Sequence record: MK728824.1
Length of the DNA stretch: 32,000 bases
Direction: 5' to 3' (one strand)
Source: Salmonella phage Seabear
Below the pieces are notes generated by a model. The model saw nothing but the letters and a program-made list of their open reading frames with translations. It searched no databases and was not told where the DNA came from. A program made the translations under genes and the position numbers. How positions within the stretch are numbered: position 1 is the first letter of the stretch; every line of letters starts with the position of its first letter. Of the stretch, positions 10,243 through 19,307 are shown in pieces.

Positions 10243-13092
10243 TTAAATAGATGCCCAATCCACAGATTGCTCGCCATTATCACCTTCTGCTCTTATACGG
10301 AAGCGTAACTTCCTATTAATACCTAGAGCATCCTCGTTATGAAGAGCATAGTCTGCCTTATTGTATATCAGTAGATAATCGTAGACATACTGATCTTCAA
10401 TTCGTACACTTCTTAATAAACGATCTAGGTTATCGTAGATTTCGAGAGTGTAGAAGATTCCATCAATGATATCTTCTTCTGGAATTCTGTCCCAGGCCAA
10501 CTTAACGTCTGGTCCTACAAACTCCGATGCATCTCCTGAAGCTGTATTAGTAACCCTGAAGTTACTAACGACGCTTAAGTTTTTAGCAGAGTTAAGTTCT
10601 ACCGATAATGTTACAGGAGAACTTCGTCTACCGTTAATATCTACAGCTCTAATCTCAAAGACTGCTAAACCAGCAGGTTCTCCAATAATTTCTTGGATCA
10701 TTCGTAGATTTGGATTAGTTTCTAATTGCTGTACGATGTAAGGATCAGCATGTCCAGAATGAACAATGGAGTAGTAAACAACGTTATTAGTTAGGCTAGG
10801 AAGCCAAGATAGCTCACCATTCTTACCAATAGATCCTACTTGTCCACCCGGTGTTGGTGTGTACATAAAGTCTCTAGGAGGCAGTACGTTATTACTAACA
10901 TCAGGTATATCGTTACCACTATTATCAACCTGCTCGGAGTTAATGAATACATCCTCACCGTACTCTTGCAGTGTAATATTAATCTTACCTTCTCTAGAGT
11001 TTTCAACTTCATCAACTAGGAAGTATTTCTTGTCCCAACCATAACGACCATATGTAAAAGCAATCGGATCGTTAGGCTCAATGCCTATGAAATGATATGG
11101 TAATGAGAATGTGAGAGTTCGTGAGTAACGAGACTTTTTCAGTTCTCTATCTGCAAAGCTACGCGCAGTATAGTAGTTAGTGATGTTTGCAAAAGAAAGC
11201 TGAAGTTTTTTATCTAATCCTTTATCTTGTTCCTTAAATATAGAGTTAAAGAATGTAATGGAGTTAGTCTTCCAGCTTAATGCAGGATCTAATATAGAGG
11301 CTTGTACTGAGTTGAACTTATTTCTACCTGTGGTATCTGATAGCTCCAAATCACCGTAGGTATCTAAGAAGTCAATCTCTAGTGGAGTATTTGAGAACTT
11401 CTCAACAGTTATCCTATACTGTCCCGATAAGTTGTTGATAGCACCACCATAAGACTCTATTAATCCCTGAACATTTTTAAATACTGACTCAGAGGTATCC
11501 AGAATAGTGTTCATTTGGACTATTTGTCTATTCTCTCCTACAGCATCAGTCCATCCAACGTATCTCCAATAGGGTTGCCAAGAAACCTGATAGGATTCAT
11601 CAATGATATCCAGAATAGCGGCTTCTTGAATAAGTTGCTGGAGAGGGAACAGATCGTTAGTGATATTAGCACCATAGCGATCAGAGGTTAGGTAGTCCAG
11701 AGTTTGCCAGATACCATTTAAGCTAGTCTTATCAGCAGTTACTCTACCATCTGAATGATAGATCTTAATCTTCTTACCTTGAACTTCTGCACTAACTTCT
11801 GGAATTTCTGTTCTGTTTTCATTAATAGTAAAGCGAACTATAGCATAAGCAGTATCTAACAGTTTATAACGAGAGTCCCAGTATTCCGGTCCATTCTCAT
11901 TCATGTTCTGTAAATAGAAACCTTTCTCTTTTGCAATGTTAACTAGAACATCAGCAGCAGATTGATCTGCTTTACCATGATAAGTCCATATACGGATATC
12001 GCCATTACCATCATTATACTTATATTCCTGTCCATGAACAGAAGGTTCAGAGCTTGGCTGGCCTGAAGCAATACGTTGCATGGTATCACCAGCTACTTTC
12101 TTAGTACCAAAGCAAGTACGAGACTTACTATCATTAGGATCAATACAGATCATTGGTACATCACCAAAGTAAAAATCTAGGAACCCATCAATCTCACCCT
12201 CACAGAAAGCGTATACTACATATACGATATTAGGATTATGCAGTTCAGTATCTGCAAATACTGGGATTCCAGGAATTTTCTGAACTCCATATACTACTGG
12301 CAGGAATTTAGCAGCTAAGTTAAAATCAAGATCTACTTCCTTAGTTACAGTCTCATAGTATTTCTTTAGACTATAGCTTCTAGAAAGACCAAATAATTTT
12401 TTCTTAGATTGTAACTTATAACGTTCTTCCTGAACCTGATACTTAGCAAGAATAGAGATACTCTTGTTAGCGTGGAAGAACCCGTAGTCTTCTTGATATT
12501 CAGGTCGCTTAGCACCATTAGACGGAACTAATTGGCCGGCAACAATCTCAAGCCCTCTATGGTCAGCATCATCTGTGAAACGTCCATTTACTCTATCAAA
12601 GTCATAGAATTGGTTTGAACAGTTCCATGTAATAACGGATGTACTAACTCCAGAAGTACCAATGTTATCCTTAATACCACCACCAGTAATTTTACCACGG
12701 AAGTAAAGTAAAGGACCATTAGTGTCTGGATCTACAGGAAGAATGTTACCTTCTTCATCAATAACCGCTTGATGGATTGAAATAGATCTATCTAGGAAGG
12801 ATACACCATTTTGGACTAGTTTTAATACTTCATCCTCAGCAGTACCTGTGATAGTAAAAGAAAGGCTACCAATGGAAAGTTTTCTATTTTGTTTATGTGT
12901 TGTTATAGACTTAACTTTACCGGAGGTGTAAAGAATACCATTATAAATTACATCCCTAAAATAGTCTGTAAGATAAATGTACGCAGAACTTGATCCGGTA
13001 GAGCTTGGCAATTCAAGAGTAATAAGGCATGCAGTTTTTATTTTATTATTGGTTCTTAAATACTCTCTTGCACTGTCAAGAATTTTCTTCAT
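10243..13092 (-). CDS. D16: T5 pb3-like baseplate hub protein
   Basis: 949 aa immediately downstream of Dit. Tail-hub-like composition (KTKIKTACLITLELPSSTGSSSAYIYLTDYFRDVIYNGILYTSG...), C-terminal FnIII-like repeats; T5 gene order and size. Confidence 0.85.
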   Translation of the reverse strand: MKKILDSAREYLRTNNKIKTACLITLELPSSTGSSSAYIYLTDYFRDVIYNGILYTSGKVKSITTHKQNRKLSIGSLSFTITGTAEDEVLKLVQNGVSFLDRSISIHQAVIDEEGNILPVDPDTNGPLLYFRGKITGGGIKDNIGTSGVSTSVITWNCSNQFYDFDRVNGRFTDDADHRGLEIVAGQLVPSNGAKRPEYQEDYGFFHANKSISILAKYQVQEERYKLQSKKKLFGLSRSYSLKKYYETVTKEVDLDFNLAAKFLPVVYGVQKIPGIPVFADTELHNPNIVYVVYAFCEGEIDGFLDFYFGDVPMICIDPNDSKSRTCFGTKKVAGDTMQRIASGQPSSEPSVHGQEYKYNDGNGDIRIWTYHGKADQSAADVLVNIAKEKGFYLQNMNENGPEYWDSRYKLLDTAYAIVRFTINENRTEIPEVSAEVQGKKIKIYHSDGRVTADKTSLNGIWQTLDYLTSDRYGANITNDLFPLQQLIQEAAILDIIDESYQVSWQPYWRYVGWTDAVGENRQIVQMNTILDTSESVFKNVQGLIESYGGAINNLSGQYRITVEKFSNTPLEIDFLDTYGDLELSDTTGRNKFNSVQASILDPALSWKTNSITFFNSIFKEQDKGLDKKLQLSFANITNYYTARSFADRELKKSRYSRTLTFSLPYHFIGIEPNDPIAFTYGRYGWDKKYFLVDEVENSREGKINITLQEYGEDVFINSEQVDNSGNDIPDVSNNVLPPRDFMYTPTPGGQVGSIGKNGELSWLPSLTNNVVYYSIVHSGHADPYIVQQLETNPNLRMIQEIIGEPAGLAVFEIRAVDINGRRSSPVTLSVELNSAKNLSVVSNFRVTNTASGDASEFVGPDVKLAWDRIPEEDIIDGIFYTLEIYDNLDRLLRSVRIEDQYVYDYLLIYNKADYALHNEDALGINRKLRFRIRAEGDNGEQSVDWASI

Positions 13093-13703
13093 AGACTTTC
13101 CCTCAAGGAAAGTGAAATACCAGTATATGTACCATTACTATTTAACGTAGAGCCAAAACTGTCTCCGTTCATTAATTTAGTTCTAAACAGAATACCATTA
13201 AATACCGGTTTCTCACTACCCGTAGTAGTAATGAATAGATCAGGATAAACACTTATATTCCAAGTATTTCCTGCTGTGTTGATAGAAGTGATTTTATACA
13301 CTTTTGGATGATTGGACAACTTAAATAAATCGCCTGGTTTAGGCAGTCCACGAAGTGTACCTTTAGTGTCCATAATAACTGTTGAACCTTTTTGTCCAGC
13401 AGGAATATTTACAGCACTAGTATCACCACGAACTCGGAAGGCTTCATATTGTGGTAATAACACATCAATATAGCTACCTGTTCTTTTATAATCTAGAATG
13501 AATGAGTCTAATTTAGCAAATTCATCTGGGAATAATTCTGGATAAGAGATATTAATACCCCAATATTGAGCAGACACCTTAACCTCCCTAACTTTACCAT
13601 TAGGTAATTCATCACGAATCATAGGGTCATTGTCTACTAAGTTAACGCTTTCAAAACCTAACCCTGATAGCTCTGGGTTCGTGTATGGGTCTGGTAGTCT
13701 CAT
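13089..13703 (-). CDS. T5 pb9-like distal tail protein (Dit)
   Basis: 204 aa (MRLPDPYTNPELSGLGFESVNLVDNDPMIRDELPNGKVREVKVSAQYWGINISYPELFPDEF...), size and position of T5 pb9; SD GAGGAGA upstream. Confidence 0.88.
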   Translation of the reverse strand: MRLPDPYTNPELSGLGFESVNLVDNDPMIRDELPNGKVREVKVSAQYWGINISYPELFPDEFAKLDSFILDYKRTGSYIDVLLPQYEAFRVRGDTSAVNIPAGQKGSTVIMDTKGTLRGLPKPGDLFKLSNHPKVYKITSINTAGNTWNISVYPDLFITTTGSEKPVFNGILFRTKLMNGDSFGSTLNSNGTYTGISLSLRESL

Positions 13704-13729
13704 AGTTAATTTCTCCTCTTAATAACAAT

Positions 13730-13758
13730 ATTATAATAGGATTGGAAAATTTTATCAA
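13730..13758 (-). promoter_or_regulatory. Strong sigma70-type promoter upstream of Dit
   Basis: Minus strand TTGATA (13758-13753), 17-bp spacer, TATAAT (13735-13730), about 27 bp upstream of the Dit ATG. Confidence 0.85.
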
Positions 13759-13780
13759 GAAATTTTTATTTTTCCATAAA

Positions 13781-13805
13781 GAAAAGGAGGACATAAAGTC
13801 CTCCT
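13781..13805 (-). terminator. Rho-independent terminator downstream of tape measure gene
   Basis: Minus strand AGGAGGAC-TTTAT-GTCCTCCT followed by TTTCTTT, 7 nt after the tape measure stop codon. Confidence 0.9.
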
Positions 13806-13811
13806 CCAGTA

Positions 13812-16800
13812 TTAAGAATTACCAAGTGATTTCAGGGTGGTTCCATTCTCATTAAGAGCCTGTTCCACGGCATCCCTGAAAGCAGCACTGTTGCTCGAAG
13901 CAAAGTCTCGGAAGCTAGCCGCATCCATCGTACTGATGTTCAGCACAATAGGTCTACCCGATGTACCCTTTGAAGATCCTTTGAGTTCATCAGTAGGAGT
14001 AGCCTTCATCGGAACCATAGGAGTGATTACTTCGGTACCATGCTCACCCATCTGGTAACTAACTCCAGGATACATATTACCACCTTCTGCACGAGGTACG
14101 AAAGAGTTAGCATTACCAATCCCTTGATCACCTCGAATATAAGAAAGTTCTCCTGCGTTAGCCGACATAGAAACGTCTACGTTCTTCTGGCGCTCTCCAA
14201 GAGTTAAGTAACCAGCTGTCTCAGCACCAGAGTCCCCAATAGAAGACATACCAGATGCAGAGGATGCTTGAGCAAGAGCCATAGCACCTGCTAAACCAGC
14301 CGCAACCATCAGAGGAATAGAAAATGGGTATGGAACAGCTGTTGCTGCTTGCATCACCGCTACTGCCGTCTGGATAATGATTTGCTTCTTAGCTGCATCT
14401 TGCTGGATCTTGAGCTTTTCAGCCTCTAACTTCTTGATCTTAGCTTTGGATTGCTCAGATTTACCATCACGTTTCTGTTCTGCTGCAATAGCTGCATCAA
14501 TAGCACTTACCTGTTGACCAACACTATACTGAATCATTGAAGACACAGTTTGCATACCAGCCGCTACTAGAGAGGTAGTATCCAGAGATCCTTGAGAGAA
14601 CTGGATCATAGCATTAGTTAGGTTACCCATGCTTTGTGCTACAGCAGTTGCTTCGGAGTTCAGTTCAGACAGCTTAGAAATAGCCTGGTCATAGGATGCC
14701 ATTCTATTCTGCATATCTGCGAAGTTTTTATCTTCTCCAGTTAATCCAGTAGTAGGAGTATACGTAGCCCCTACAGCCGCACCTACAGAAGACTGCATTT
14801 CTGCATCGCGCTGTACTCTTAAAGCCGCGAGCTGGGCTCTAGTTTCGGCCAGCTTTTTGTTATACTCTAGCTGAGCAGCAGCATTCCCTAAAGTTTTTTG
14901 CTTAAGGTCTTCGAATAGCTGGATTTGCTCTTTGATACGTTCCGCAGCTACCATTAAAGGATTTGCGGTAAACTTCCTTTGTTGCTCCTCCTCCCTGCCA
15001 GCAGCCATTTCCCTTTGCTGATCCTGACGGAATTTCCAGATTTCACGTTCAATTTGTGCCTGAGCACGTCTTGATTGTTCAGCTTCCTTATGCTTATCAA
15101 CCTGTTTGGAGTACCATTCATACTTTTCTTTCTCGACAGTCAGTTCAAGGTTCAACTGAGCTAAACGATATTGAGTATCTGTCATAGTACGGTTATTCAG
15201 GAGAGCAATTTCACGATCAACACCAAGAATCTTATCGGTATAGTCCTTAACCTTCTTCTGAGCTTCCATACCCTGGTTAGTAATCTTGATACGTTCTAAC
15301 TGAATCTTAGCTATTTCACCTTCGATTGCTTTGTTACCTTTGTTAGTTTCTAGGACACGCTTAAGAGCTGCTTCCTGTTCTTCTAACTGTTGAATTTCCA
15401 AACGTCTACCAGCTTCCTGAGCTTTCTCTTTGTCCTTAGTCTGGTTGTACACTTCGGCAATCTTCTGCTGAACTTCTAACTGATTCTTAGTCTCATTACC
15501 AGTTAATTTTACGTAACCGGCAAGAGCTTGTGAAGCAGTCTTCATCTCACTAAGAGTATTATACCCTAAGTTCAGGCTCTTAACATACTCATCAGCATTT
15601 TTACCAGTACCAGCAGATAGAGACTCAATAGTCTTAATCGTATCTGATAGGGATGCACTAGTTTTAGCCGCAGTATTAGTATTCTGAGCGATGTTCTGGA
15701 TATCGTTAGCTAAATCACTAGCAGTTTTCTTAGCCTGATCATATGCTTTCTGCTGTTCTGTCAGTCCTTTCAGAGTTGCAGAGTTAAAGTCATAAACCGC
15801 ATCAGGGTCATTCATATCCTTCTGCAGATTAATCTGCTTCTGGAATTCTGGATTAGCCTTAGCAGCCGCAGCACCAGCAGCTTGATATGCAGATTTCCAT
15901 GCACCTAAGTTATCGGTTGAATCAGTAACTTCCTTATCCAAACGTTCTACTTGTAGTGCCATAGCCGCAGTTTCAGCTACGAACTTCTTGTTTTCCTCTG
16001 AAGCGCCAAGAGCAGCAGCGCTCACAGGGACACCTTGAGCTACAGAACGAATTGCACCTGCGGTAAAGAAGTCAGCCTGTTCCATACGCTTGTCTAGATC
16101 AGCTTTTAACTTATTACGCTTTTCTAGGGATTCTTTATACATATCCAGAGCTTTATTATATCCTTCCTCAGAAGCGGAAAGACTTAAAGCTACAGCACCA
16201 ACATTAGTTGGGTCAATCTGACGGTTAGTTTCTTCCTGTGCTCTAGCAGCAGAAGCCGAGATAGATGCTTGAGAAGTATAGAATACTGCGTTGATAGAAT
16301 CAATTACCGGCCCTAAATACTTAGCAGCAGCCTGTTGAACCTTTCTTAGGGCAGCATCAGCATTAGCAGCAAACTGTTCCCATGGAGTTGCACGAAGTAC
16401 GTCATCCAAGTAGCCGAAACGTTTAGTAGATTCAGCGATTACTGCGTTAGCATATGCTTGTTGCTTTTGGAAAGTGGAAAGACTATTGACGTTATACGTA
16501 ATACCTGTGTTAGCAGCATTTAACTGTTTAACGTAGTCAGCGTAAGCATCATTAAGACGAATAGTAACACCAAGTTCGTCCAGAAGTTCGATTTCTTGTT
16601 TAGATACACCCTTGATTACACGGTTAAGTGCATCAGTCATATCAACACCAAGAACAGCAGCAGCACGACGAGCTACTAGACCAAATTTATTAAGTTGTTC
16701 AGCATCGAATCCATATGCAGAAGCAGAGGATGCTTGTCTCATTGCTTCTTCGAAGGAGATTGCATAACCAGCAGCCTCTTGTAGAGATCTAGCTAGAGTT

Positions 16801-17492
16801 TGTACCGGAGTACCTGTTTGAGTACCAACAATAGTACCAAACTTCTCAAGACGGTTTAACTGGTCACCCATCTTAAGTTGTTCGAATGCAGATTGTAGAA
16901 CGAACACGTTAGATGCGATAGCAGCGTACATAAGAGGTAAACCACCACCCACTTTAGCCATAGCTGCAAAGTCACGAGTTGCACCACGTGCTGAACCAGA
17001 AGTATTACCAATTGCACGACTAGCACGTCCTGCAGCGGTAGTTGTATCATTAAAGCCTCTAGCAGTATTACCTAGTGCTCGGTTAGTATCATATAATCTA
17101 TCTTGAACTTTTTCAGTTGCAGCAGCTACATCGTTACCCATCGCCTTAACAGATTTACCAACGTGTGTAAATCCAGACTCTAGCTTATCGGATACCTCGA
17201 TCATAGCAATAGCAAGGTCATCTAACTTAGCACCAATACTATCCATAGATTTGGTGATGCCCATCATACCTCTGCTAGCCTGCATTTTAGTTAGACTTTT
17301 AGCTGCTCTATCCGCCGCCCTCTCAATGGAGTAAAGAGTTTTGGGCATTTTTCCTAACTGCTCATTAGTCAGTTCGGAAGCGGCAGCAGCATTTTCTAAC
17401 GCATCGGAAACGTTCTCAATAGATTTTGCAGTACGGGTTGCCCCTTTCTGCTTTACATCTATAAGTAGTTCTCGTATTAGCTTATCAGTCAT
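13812..17492 (-). CDS. D18-19: T5 pb2-like tape measure protein
   Basis: 1226 aa, long helical/coiled-coil protein with internal hydrophobic region (GGLPLMYAAIASNVFVLQSAFEQ; VPYPFSIPLMVAAGLAGAMALAQA), following the tail chaperone genes. Confidence 0.93.
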   Translation of the reverse strand: MTDKLIRELLIDVKQKGATRTAKSIENVSDALENAAAASELTNEQLGKMPKTLYSIERAADRAAKSLTKMQASRGMMGITKSMDSIGAKLDDLAIAMIEVSDKLESGFTHVGKSVKAMGNDVAAATEKVQDRLYDTNRALGNTARGFNDTTTAAGRASRAIGNTSGSARGATRDFAAMAKVGGGLPLMYAAIASNVFVLQSAFEQLKMGDQLNRLEKFGTIVGTQTGTPVQTLARSLQEAAGYAISFEEAMRQASSASAYGFDAEQLNKFGLVARRAAAVLGVDMTDALNRVIKGVSKQEIELLDELGVTIRLNDAYADYVKQLNAANTGITYNVNSLSTFQKQQAYANAVIAESTKRFGYLDDVLRATPWEQFAANADAALRKVQQAAAKYLGPVIDSINAVFYTSQASISASAARAQEETNRQIDPTNVGAVALSLSASEEGYNKALDMYKESLEKRNKLKADLDKRMEQADFFTAGAIRSVAQGVPVSAAALGASEENKKFVAETAAMALQVERLDKEVTDSTDNLGAWKSAYQAAGAAAAKANPEFQKQINLQKDMNDPDAVYDFNSATLKGLTEQQKAYDQAKKTASDLANDIQNIAQNTNTAAKTSASLSDTIKTIESLSAGTGKNADEYVKSLNLGYNTLSEMKTASQALAGYVKLTGNETKNQLEVQQKIAEVYNQTKDKEKAQEAGRRLEIQQLEEQEAALKRVLETNKGNKAIEGEIAKIQLERIKITNQGMEAQKKVKDYTDKILGVDREIALLNNRTMTDTQYRLAQLNLELTVEKEKYEWYSKQVDKHKEAEQSRRAQAQIEREIWKFRQDQQREMAAGREEEQQRKFTANPLMVAAERIKEQIQLFEDLKQKTLGNAAAQLEYNKKLAETRAQLAALRVQRDAEMQSSVGAAVGATYTPTTGLTGEDKNFADMQNRMASYDQAISKLSELNSEATAVAQSMGNLTNAMIQFSQGSLDTTSLVAAGMQTVSSMIQYSVGQQVSAIDAAIAAEQKRDGKSEQSKAKIKKLEAEKLKIQQDAAKKQIIIQTAVAVMQAATAVPYPFSIPLMVAAGLAGAMALAQASSASGMSSIGDSGAETAGYLTLGERQKNVDVSMSANAGELSYIRGDQGIGNANSFVPRAEGGNMYPGVSYQMGEHGTEVITPMVPMKATPTDELKGSSKGTSGRPIVLNISTMDAASFRDFASSNSAAFRDAVEQALNENGTTLKSLGNS

Positions 17493-17514
17493 TTATTTTT
17501 CCCAATAAAAAAGG
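17490..17514 (-). repeat. 25-nt repeat copy 1 (terminator U-tract plus leader plus ATG)
   Basis: + strand catttatttttcccaataaaaaagg, identical to 22510-22534. Confidence 0.95.
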
Positions 17515-17537
17515 CTCTGGGCAAATCACCCAGAGCC
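17507..17537 (-). terminator. Rho-independent terminator between tail chaperone and tape measure genes
   Basis: Minus strand GGCTCTGGG-TGATTTG-CCCAGAGCC followed by TTTTTTATT; 9-bp perfect stem. Confidence 0.9.
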
Positions 17538-17572
17538 AAGCCTCATCGTGGAACGCCCATTGGAGGAAACTT

Positions 17573-17941
17573 TTACTGAGCTCGAGATCTAGCATGCGGT
17601 TTAATGTTCGGAGTGCGACCATTTTGTTTACCATGCTTCTCGGCTCTCTTACGAGCTGCATCTACAGCTTTCGAATCAAATATATTGATTATGTGTAGAA
17701 CAAACTCTTTCTCTATGGGATCAGTAATCCCATAGATATCAAATAAAACACCTAGTGCACTTTTGTCTTTTCCTATAAAAATAGGAAAGTCACCTGGTAT
17801 GAAACAGTCAATAAGACTGTTATAAATATTCATACTAGTAGATACAATAGGTGGAAAATCTTCGAGTTCAACAGGCATTGCCTTAGGATCAGGTTCAATA
17901 CCTAGCGACTCACAAAGCATTAAATATTGTTGTTTTGTCAT
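17573..17941 (-). CDS. Tail assembly chaperone, frameshifted C-terminal part (T-like)
   Basis: 122 aa from the listed ATG, but the frame is open upstream to a TAG at 18029-18031 and overlaps the end of the upstream ORF. No Shine-Dalgarno before the 17941 ATG. Located directly before the tape measure gene. Confidence 0.8.
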   Translation of the reverse strand: MTKQQYLMLCESLGIEPDPKAMPVELEDFPPIVSTSMNIYNSLIDCFIPGDFPIFIGKDKSALGVLFDIYGITDPIEKEFVLHIINIFDSKAVDAARKRAEKHGKQNGRTPNIKPHARSRAQ

Positions 17942-18002
17942 TTTAGATGCTGATGATTTAATGCATTTATCAGCAAAATCAGCAACAGCATCTAGTAACT
18001 GC

Positions 18003-18407
18003 TTACGCTTTTGAGCTACGAAAAGTGTCTAAGTGGAACACTGTCTGGTTGATCCAAGAATCAAACGCAGCAGAGTTCTGCATAAGCATGATAGCATTAT
18101 CGCGACTAAATGGAACTTCAGTAGTAGGATCAGCTTCAGTTTCGATAAGCATCAGCTTCTCAACATCTCCAATCGTCAAGCCAGTCCAGCCAGCAATTGC
18201 AGTATCAACGAAAGCTTCAATAAACTTATCATCGTCCTGAACTTGAATCATAGTACCGTTAACCCACTCGTCACGCTTAGCGGAAGAGATAACACGCTTA
18301 GATGCAGCACGAGACATGTAGTTCAGTTGCAGCTTGAAGTTAGGCATACCTGGGTAAGCCAGCTCAATAGTACGAGTTTCAAGGGTAATATCTTTTAAAT
18401 TGATCAT
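18003..18407 (-). CDS. Tail assembly chaperone (G-like)
   Basis: 134 aa (MINLKDITLETRTIELAYPGMPNFKLQLNYMSRAASKRVISSAKRDEW...), immediately upstream of the overlapping T-like frame and tape measure gene. Confidence 0.85.
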   Translation of the reverse strand: MINLKDITLETRTIELAYPGMPNFKLQLNYMSRAASKRVISSAKRDEWVNGTMIQVQDDDKFIEAFVDTAIAGWTGLTIGDVEKLMLIETEADPTTEVPFSRDNAIMLMQNSAAFDSWINQTVFHLDTFRSSKA

Positions 18408-19303
18408 TTCTTTATTTCTCCAAAGAAGTCGATTCTTACCGGATCAGAGTCTGCAGTAGGGATTACATCCCATTCAACTCTGTATATATCCGAGAATTGT
18501 AGGCGTTTTGTTATACGTGCTGAAGGAAAGTCAATCGAAATATGTTCATTTCGGATAGTTAATGGTATGTCAGTTTCGGGTTCAATATTATAAAACATAT
18601 CACCAGCAAATCGCTTAGTGTAGTAAAATGCAATTGTTGCCGAAGCATTCATTTCATTAACATAAGCTCTCTTATTATTATATATTTTGTTTATGTCAAA
18701 TACGCTTTTATCTTCTCTCCAAGAACATTGTTGCTGGAATGACATAGAAGCGGATAAAAGAGCTGGTAAAACATTACTGTTGGTAGATACTCTAGGAGGA
18801 CTATATGACATAACTTCACCCTGAACAATAGAACCAGCAGGAGTAAAAGTAGACACCTCAGAGAACTTACCAGATTCAATTCCTATGTTTAGGATAGGAA
18901 CGCTTTTGTCTAGAGAAAAGTCTACAGTAGATACATAGCAATTCTCAAAGTACACACAGTTATTATCTTTATTAACTATGTATATATTAAACATTGTTGG
19001 CTCAATATTTGTACTATAAAGTGGTAGTAAGAATGTGTTACCCTCTCGGTCAAAGCCCATCCATTCAAAGAAGTTAGCTTCAGTAAGGGTATTACTAAAA
19101 TTTATAGCCAGCGATATTGAAGATGGAGTTTGTGCATTAATAATAGAGTCAGCATAGTTGGTTCTACGATGGATAGTCCTACGAAGAGTTTTAAATTCCT
19201 CATAGGACGTATTGATATCGTAATTTGACAGGGCATCAAAATGATAAGCCCTGCCATCATACTCAACTATAACTTTTGACTCCCTCATTAGAGAGTAGTA
19301 CAT
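18404..19303 (-). CDS. T5 p140-like baseplate tube / minor tail protein
   Basis: 299 aa, between the tail tube protein and chaperone genes, size and order as in T5. Confidence 0.8.
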   Translation of the reverse strand: MYYSLMRESKVIVEYDGRAYHFDALSNYDINTSYEEFKTLRRTIHRRTNYADSIINAQTPSSISLAINFSNTLTEANFFEWMGFDREGNTFLLPLYSTNIEPTMFNIYIVNKDNNCVYFENCYVSTVDFSLDKSVPILNIGIESGKFSEVSTFTPAGSIVQGEVMSYSPPRVSTNSNVLPALLSASMSFQQQCSWREDKSVFDINKIYNNKRAYVNEMNASATIAFYYTKRFAGDMFYNIEPETDIPLTIRNEHISIDFPSARITKRLQFSDIYRVEWDVIPTADSDPVRIDFFGEIKK

Positions 19304-19307
19304 TTAA

